Source: an uncultured cyanobacterium (GTDB lineage: Bacteria; Cyanobacteriota; Cyanobacteriia; Leptolyngbyales; Leptolyngbyaceae). From it: a DNA stretch of 19,817 bases. The stretch is taken from assembly GCA_963766075.1 (NCBI GenBank), contig CAVYAN010000067.1, positions 1-19,817 of the forward strand, written 5' to 3'. Every line of letters starts with the position of its first letter. The stretch's first letter is position 1. Positions 15,174-19,817 of this stretch are shown here, piece by piece. Made by a program: the position numbers and the translations under genes. The notes beneath the pieces are model-generated. The model saw only the letters and a program-made list of their open reading frames with translations. It was not told the DNA's origin and did not search any database.

Positions 15174-16070
15174 ATGTCCAACGCCACCGAACAAATCTGC
15201 GAAGCCGATGCCACCCGAGTTCAGGTTTTGAGCGAAGCCCTGCCTTACATTCAGCAGTTCGCAGGCAAAACGATAGTGATTAAGTACGGCGGTGCTGCCA
15301 TGAAAGACAGCAACCTCAAGGACAAAGTCATTCGCGATGTTGTCTTTATGGCCTGTGTGGGTTTACGCCCCGTGGTGGTCCATGGTGGCGGTCCCGAAAT
15401 TAACACCTGGCTAGACAAGCTGGGGATTGAACCCCAGTTCAAAAATGGCTTGCGCGTTACCGATGCCGCCACGATGGATGTCGTGGAAATGGTCCTAGTC
15501 GGGCGGGTGAATAAGGAAATTGTGGCCTTGATTAATAAGGCGGGGGGTTCGGCGGTGGGACTCTGTGGGATTGATGGCGATCTGATTCGCGCCCGCCCTG
15601 CGGATGAAGAGGGCGTAGGCTTTGTGGGTGAAGTGACCAGTGTGGATATTTCCATCGTTAATTCCCTGGTCAATAGCGGACATATTCCGGTCATCTCCAG
15701 TGTGGCCGCAGACGAGAATGGCCAGTCCTACAACATCAATGCTGATACGGTGGCCGGGGAACTGGCCGCTGCCCTGGGAGCTGAAAAAATGATTCTGTTG
15801 ACCGATACGGCGGGGATTCTGCGCGACTTTAAAGATAAATCCACGCTGATTCATAAATTGGATATTCAGGAAGCACGGCAGTTGATCGAGGATGGCATCG
15901 TCTCGGGGGGAATGATCCCCAAGGTGAATTGCTGCGTGCGATTGCTGGCCCAAGGCGTCCGCGCCGCCCATATTCTGGACGGTCGCCTGCCCCACGCCCT
16001 TCTTTTGGAAATTTTTACCGACCTGGGAATTGGCTCCATGATCGTGGCCTCGGAGTTCATTCGCTACTAG
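15174..16070 (+). CDS. argB: Acetylglutamate kinase (NAGK)
   Basis: [50 protein letters not shown]; start at ATG 15174 gives a typical length of 298 aa. Confidence 0.97.
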   Translation: MSNATEQICEADATRVQVLSEALPYIQQFAGKTIVIKYGGAAMKDSNLKDKVIRDVVFMACVGLRPVVVHGGGPEINTWLDKLGIEPQFKNGLRVTDAATMDVVEMVLVGRVNKEIVALINKAGGSAVGLCGIDGDLIRARPADEEGVGFVGEVTSVDISIVNSLVNSGHIPVISSVAADENGQSYNINADTVAGELAAALGAEKMILLTDTAGILRDFKDKSTLIHKLDIQEARQLIEDGIVSGGMIPKVNCCVRLLAQGVRAAHILDGRLPHALLLEIFTDLGIGSMIVASEFIRY

Positions 16071-16845
16071 CCCGGAGTTGCTCATAGGCCGCCTCCACAA
16101 ACCCGCGCCGCCGCAAAAATCCTGTATAGGCTCCCGGACAAATCTTCTGCAGCGTGTCCGGGGTAAATTCTGCCAACAATCGTTGGACACTTTGCTGTTG
16201 CCGAGGCCAGTGGAAGGTCTTAGAGGTACGGAGCGGGCCCACGCCGCCCTCAGAACTGGGCAGCAGATGACGCCCCGAAAACAGCACACCGCCAAACCCC
16301 TGATGATACAAACAGGCGGATCCGGGGGAATGGCCCGGAGTCCAAAACACCCGGCTCTGGGCACTCAAGGTCAGATCGCGATGAAACGGCGTCAGGGGTA
16401 ATCCGGGAAGCAAGTACGCTTCCTGCTCCTGAACGACAATGGGGCAATTCCAGGCCGCTTGAATGGCTCGAACATTGCCCATACCGCCCCGATGGGTGAT
16501 AAATAACCAGTCCACACCGCCCTGCGCCGCCAGGAATGCCTGATTGTCTGCATTCCAGGACGGGCAGTCCACCAAAATGTTGACCTCTTCTACAATAAGG
16601 TAGGCCGTTCCCCCCAGGGTTTCGCGATTGGGTGGAAAGGCAAAGACAGTGTGGTTTGCTGGGGCGGGTTCGTGTAGGATGGTCCGGGGTTGCTTGGTAG
16701 AGGAGTTGTCCTGAGGGGCCACTGGATGTGAAGGGGTTGAGATCAAGGATGTTGGGACTAAGGGTGTTGCGATCAAAGGGGTTGCGATCAAAGGTACTGA
16801 AATATTTACGTCACTGGACTGATTAAGATTAGGCAATGAGCCCAT
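16057..16845 (-). CDS. Metallo-beta-lactamase-fold hydrolase, cyanobacterial type (true start probably downstream, e.g. GTG 16722)
   Basis: [30 protein letters not shown] (degenerate metal motif), [12 protein letters not shown]; 3' end overlaps argB by 14 nt. Confidence 0.85.
   Translation of the reverse strand: MGSLPNLNQSSDVNISVPLIATPLIATPLVPTSLISTPSHPVAPQDNSSTKQPRTILHEPAPANHTVFAFPPNRETLGGTAYLIVEEVNILVDCPSWNADNQAFLAAQGGVDWLFITHRGGMGNVRAIQAAWNCPIVVQEQEAYLLPGLPLTPFHRDLTLSAQSRVFWTPGHSPGSACLYHQGFGGVLFSGRHLLPSSEGGVGPLRTSKTFHWPRQQQSVQRLLAEFTPDTLQKICPGAYTGFLRRRGFVEAAYEQLRASSE
16736..16795. repeat. Four imperfect 15-nt tandem repeats
   Basis: GTTGAGATCAAGGAT / GTTGGGACTAAGGGT / GTTGCGATCAAAGGG / GTTGCGATCAAAGGT; reads [20 protein letters not shown] on the minus strand. 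Confidence 0.8.
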
Positions 16846-18314
16846 TATTTCTACTGCTTTTACTGGGAGTGTTTACTTACTTTATCGTGCAACGGCAGGT
16901 CGCTGGCATGACACGCACCCCAGTGTGGCTGTTGTGGCTGGTGGTCATGACGCCCGCCATCATCTGGATGCTGTGGGCGATCGCCTTTGGTAACACCAAA
17001 CCTCTGCCGACTTGGTTGATCTGGGTCCCCTTTGTGGTCTGTTTGGCGCTCTACTGGAAACTGCTGTACGCTGGCAGAATCCTCCCCCCCGCCGATACTA
17101 AACCAACGCAGCCCGCACTCCCCCCTGTCGAAGCCACTCCGGTCCCCCCACCAGCGCTAGAACCTACCCGGCCTATTAATGCAGATGAAGAGAAAAGTCT
17201 GCAAACTTGTTTCCCCTGGTCCATATATTATTTGCAACAGATTGATTACCGGCCCCAAGCGGTCATCTGTCGAGGACAATTGCGCAGTCAACCTGATGTT
17301 GCCTACAAAACGATTCGAGACAATGTAGAAGGCATTTTTGGCAATCGCTTCTTCGTCATTTTTCAGGAAGGACTCAACGGCAAGCCGTTCTTTGCCCTAG
17401 TGCCGAATACATTAGTCGCAGCCAATAGCCAACAGCCCGCCCTATCACGGCCCGCCATTGCCCTAGGGTTGCTCCTGATAACAGGGCTCACCACAGCCCT
17501 GGGCTGGACACAACTCCAAGGGCAGAGGTTGGATCTGACTGTAGAAACCGTTGCCAACGGACTACCCTATGCCGCAACACTTTTGGGAATTTTGGGCATG
17601 CATGAGCTGGGACATTACCTAGCAGCACGTCGCTATAAAATTCGGGTGACGTTGCCTGCCTTCATCCCCATCATTCCCATGCCATTGTTTCCCTTTGGGA
17701 CCTTTGGAGCATTTACCCAGATGCGATCGCCCATCCCCCATCGCCGCGCCTTGTTTGATGTGGGCCTTGCGGGGCCGCTCTGGGGTGGGGTGATAGCCTT
17801 ACCCTTACTACTGTGGGGATTACGGGTGTCCACGGTGGTTCCACACGTCCAAGCGAGTCCCTCAACGTTTCAAGCCATCGATCCCAATATTTCTATACTG
17901 CTGACTCTATTCAGTAAGCTGGTCTGGGGCGACACCCTAACCCCGGATACGGCGCTTCATTTGCATCCGATCGCCTTAGCCAGTTGCCTCGGATTAATCA
18001 TCACGGCCTACAATCTCATGCCTGTAGGACCATTGGACGGAGGACGGATGATGCATGCGATGTTTGGACAGCGCACCGGGGCCATCATTGGGCAAATTTT
18101 TCGGCTGCTGCTGTTGGGCCTTTCATTTCTCCAACAGCATTTGTTAATCTGCGCGATTTTACTGCTCCTGTTGCCCGCCGTTGACGAACCCGCGCTCAAC
18201 GATGTGACTGACCTGGATAATCGCCGCGACCTGTGGGGGCTTCTGGCCATGGGCATCCTCTTGCTGATCATTTTGCCCACCCCCGGCTTTCTCAGCCGAT
18301 TGCTCAATGTTTAA
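16836..18314 (+). CDS. Site-2 protease family (M50) intramembrane zinc metalloprotease, EGY-like
   Basis: HELGH, LAGP, NLMPVGPLDGG motifs; multiple TM helices; ICRGQLR soluble domain. Confidence 0.93.
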   Translation: MSPLFLLLLLGVFTYFIVQRQVAGMTRTPVWLLWLVVMTPAIIWMLWAIAFGNTKPLPTWLIWVPFVVCLALYWKLLYAGRILPPADTKPTQPALPPVEATPVPPPALEPTRPINADEEKSLQTCFPWSIYYLQQIDYRPQAVICRGQLRSQPDVAYKTIRDNVEGIFGNRFFVIFQEGLNGKPFFALVPNTLVAANSQQPALSRPAIALGLLLITGLTTALGWTQLQGQRLDLTVETVANGLPYAATLLGILGMHELGHYLAARRYKIRVTLPAFIPIIPMPLFPFGTFGAFTQMRSPIPHRRALFDVGLAGPLWGGVIALPLLLWGLRVSTVVPHVQASPSTFQAIDPNISILLTLFSKLVWGDTLTPDTALHLHPIALASCLGLIITAYNLMPVGPLDGGRMMHAMFGQRTGAIIGQIFRLLLLGLSFLQQHLLICAILLLLLPAVDEPALNDVTDLDNRRDLWGLLAMGILLLIILPTPGFLSRLLNV

Positions 18315-18397
18315 GCCCAATGGCCCATTGCCTGGTCCTGGCGTTCAGTCACCCGTGCCGCAATCCCCGATCCCCCCATCCCCCATCCAAAATCCCC

Positions 18398-18844
18398 ATG
18401 TCCCAAGATGTCGCCCAGTGGCTCGCCGAAATTAAAGTGCTAAAGCAGCAGATTTCTGACCTGCAAGCGCAATTGCAACAGGCTTATCTGAGCACGGATA
18501 ACTGGCAGCGGCGCTACGAGATTGAGGCCCAACAGCGCCGAGTAGAAGTCCAACAAGCCCAGCAAGCCCTTGACGCACACCAGCAGGAAATTCAGCGGCT
18601 TCAGGGAAATGTGGACCTGACGGCAGCAGACCAAGCAGACGCTCTACAGCATCAACTCGATCCCGCAATATCACCCGAGGAACTACGGCGACGCTTAGTC
18701 GCGGTGCTGATGAAGCGCGATCGCCTCACTGCTGCCCTAGCCAAAGAACAAGAGGCGCATGAAGAAACCCGCCACAATTTGACCACCGCCTTGGGGGATG
18801 CGATCGCCCTGCTGTCTAAAGGAAAAGCAGCGGAGGAAGAATAG
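18398..18844 (+). CDS. Coiled-coil hypothetical protein
   Basis: MSQDVAQWLAEIKVLKQQ...HEETRHNLTTALGDAI; Q/E/L heptad pattern; track start 18233 overlaps the upstream gene. Confidence 0.8.
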   Translation: MSQDVAQWLAEIKVLKQQISDLQAQLQQAYLSTDNWQRRYEIEAQQRRVEVQQAQQALDAHQQEIQRLQGNVDLTAADQADALQHQLDPAISPEELRRRLVAVLMKRDRLTAALAKEQEAHEETRHNLTTALGDAIALLSKGKAAEEE

Positions 18845-18962
18845 TCCCGCTTTAACCGAGAGCGACCACATCAAGAGAGCCGTGTTGCGGGCCACCAATC
18901 CAGTGTAGGGTTATAAATGGTGGGTGCAACAGGCGGTAATTGGCCAGTGGGCGGCGAAACCG

Positions 18963-19007
18963 ATGATAGACAGATTCGTAATAGACAGCTCCATGATAAA
19001 CAGATCC
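18963..19007 (+). repeat. Three imperfect 15-nt tandem repeats
   Basis: ATGATAGACAGATTC / GTAATAGACAGCTCC / ATGATAAACAGATCC. Confidence 0.75.
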
Positions 19008-19037
19008 ATGGGCCTTAGAAGACTAATCCGACCCAGT

Positions 19038-19457
19038 ATGATGGTGCTGCGTCGGCTTTGTGTCATTGCGTTGGCAGTATTGATCACGGCCTGCGGCAGC
19101 GTGGGCAAGGGTCCAACCCGCCAATTAGTGGAACAGGCGATCGCCCTACAGCTCAGCCAAACCCAGCAGGCCCTCGGCAAACAACTGAAGCTTAGCCCAG
19201 TAGACAGCACGATCGCCGTGCAGCATGTCACCGTCACCGCGCAAACACCGCTGATCATCGACAGCTTGCCCGCCTTTCGCGTCCAGGGAATCTATGATTT
19301 CACTGTGAAACTCCCCACCCGCGAAGTCTCCCAGCGCCAAAATCCCTTTGAAGTCTACCTCCAACGCCAAGCAGAAGGCAAAACCTGGCGGGCGGCCCGG
19401 TTAGAAACCGACGAGGTCGGTGCACCGATTTGGATTACCCAACGGTTGCCCTACTAG
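19038..19457 (+). CDS. Hypothetical lipoprotein
   Basis: MMVLRRLCVIALAVLITA-C lipobox signal; NPFEVYLQRQAEGKTWR C-terminal motif; start uncertain. Confidence 0.75.
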   Translation: MMVLRRLCVIALAVLITACGSVGKGPTRQLVEQAIALQLSQTQQALGKQLKLSPVDSTIAVQHVTVTAQTPLIIDSLPAFRVQGIYDFTVKLPTREVSQRQNPFEVYLQRQAEGKTWRAARLETDEVGAPIWITQRLPY

Positions 19458-19543
19458 GGCAATGTGCGATCGAACCAGGACGAAGACCCCGCTCGCAAGT
19501 GACCCCGTGATTTCCTGCCCCTCCTATCATTTTTCGTTGCCTC

Positions 19544-19817
19544 ATGCTAACTATTGCTTTGCCAAAAGGCGAATTGTTGAAAAATAGTGTCCGACTGTTA
19601 CAGGCCGTAGGACTGGACTTTAGTTTGGCCTTAGACAAGTCGAATCGACTGCTGCAAATTCCAGATCCCACCCACACTGCCAAGATTTTGCTCGTGCGGA
19701 ATGCCGATGTCCCTGTATACGTTGAGTACGGCCAAGCGCAACTGGGCATCGTCGGCTATGACTTACTCCGGGAGAAAAAGCCTCAGGTGGCGCATATGGT
19801 GGATTTAGGGTTTGGCT
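19544..19817 (+). CDS. hisG: ATP phosphoribosyltransferase, 5' part (runs off the window; not in ORF track)
   Basis: Manual translation from ATG 19544: [27 protein letters not shown]...[28 protein letters not shown]...DLGFG. Confidence 0.95.
   Translation, partial: MLTIALPKGELLKNSVRLLQAVGLDFSLALDKSNRLLQIPDPTHTAKILLVRNADVPVYVEYGQAQLGIVGYDLLREKKPQVAHMVDLGFG

Overview
Cyanobacterial genomic window (the HIP1 octamer GCGATCGC recurs throughout). The main discovery is at 209-3203: a head-to-tail array of ten paralogous small genes, three of them missing or mistranslated in the ORF track and at least two frameshifted. All share a double-glycine-type leader, (L/F)W(T/I/S)xLP(E/D)x(Q/H)QE(L/M/R)LSGG, followed mostly by AP and then by hypervariable, Cys-free, low-complexity cores (Gly/Ser/Asn-, Pro- or Thr-rich). 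Near-identical intergenic repeats show recent tandem expansion. The array ends at a strong hairpin and is followed by a 1144-aa filamentous-haemagglutinin-like (TpsA-type) exoprotein. No transporter or modifying enzyme is in the window. The rest looks like ordinary cyanobacterial chromosome: Snf2-family helicase, Sel1-repeat protein, DUF3318-like, small membrane protein, HTH-like protein, DUF1350-like hydrolase, GT-C glycosyltransferase, argB (with a candidate NtcA box over its promoter), MBL-fold hydrolase, M50 protease, coiled-coil protein, lipoprotein and the 5' part of hisG. Family names come from motif recognition, not database searches.
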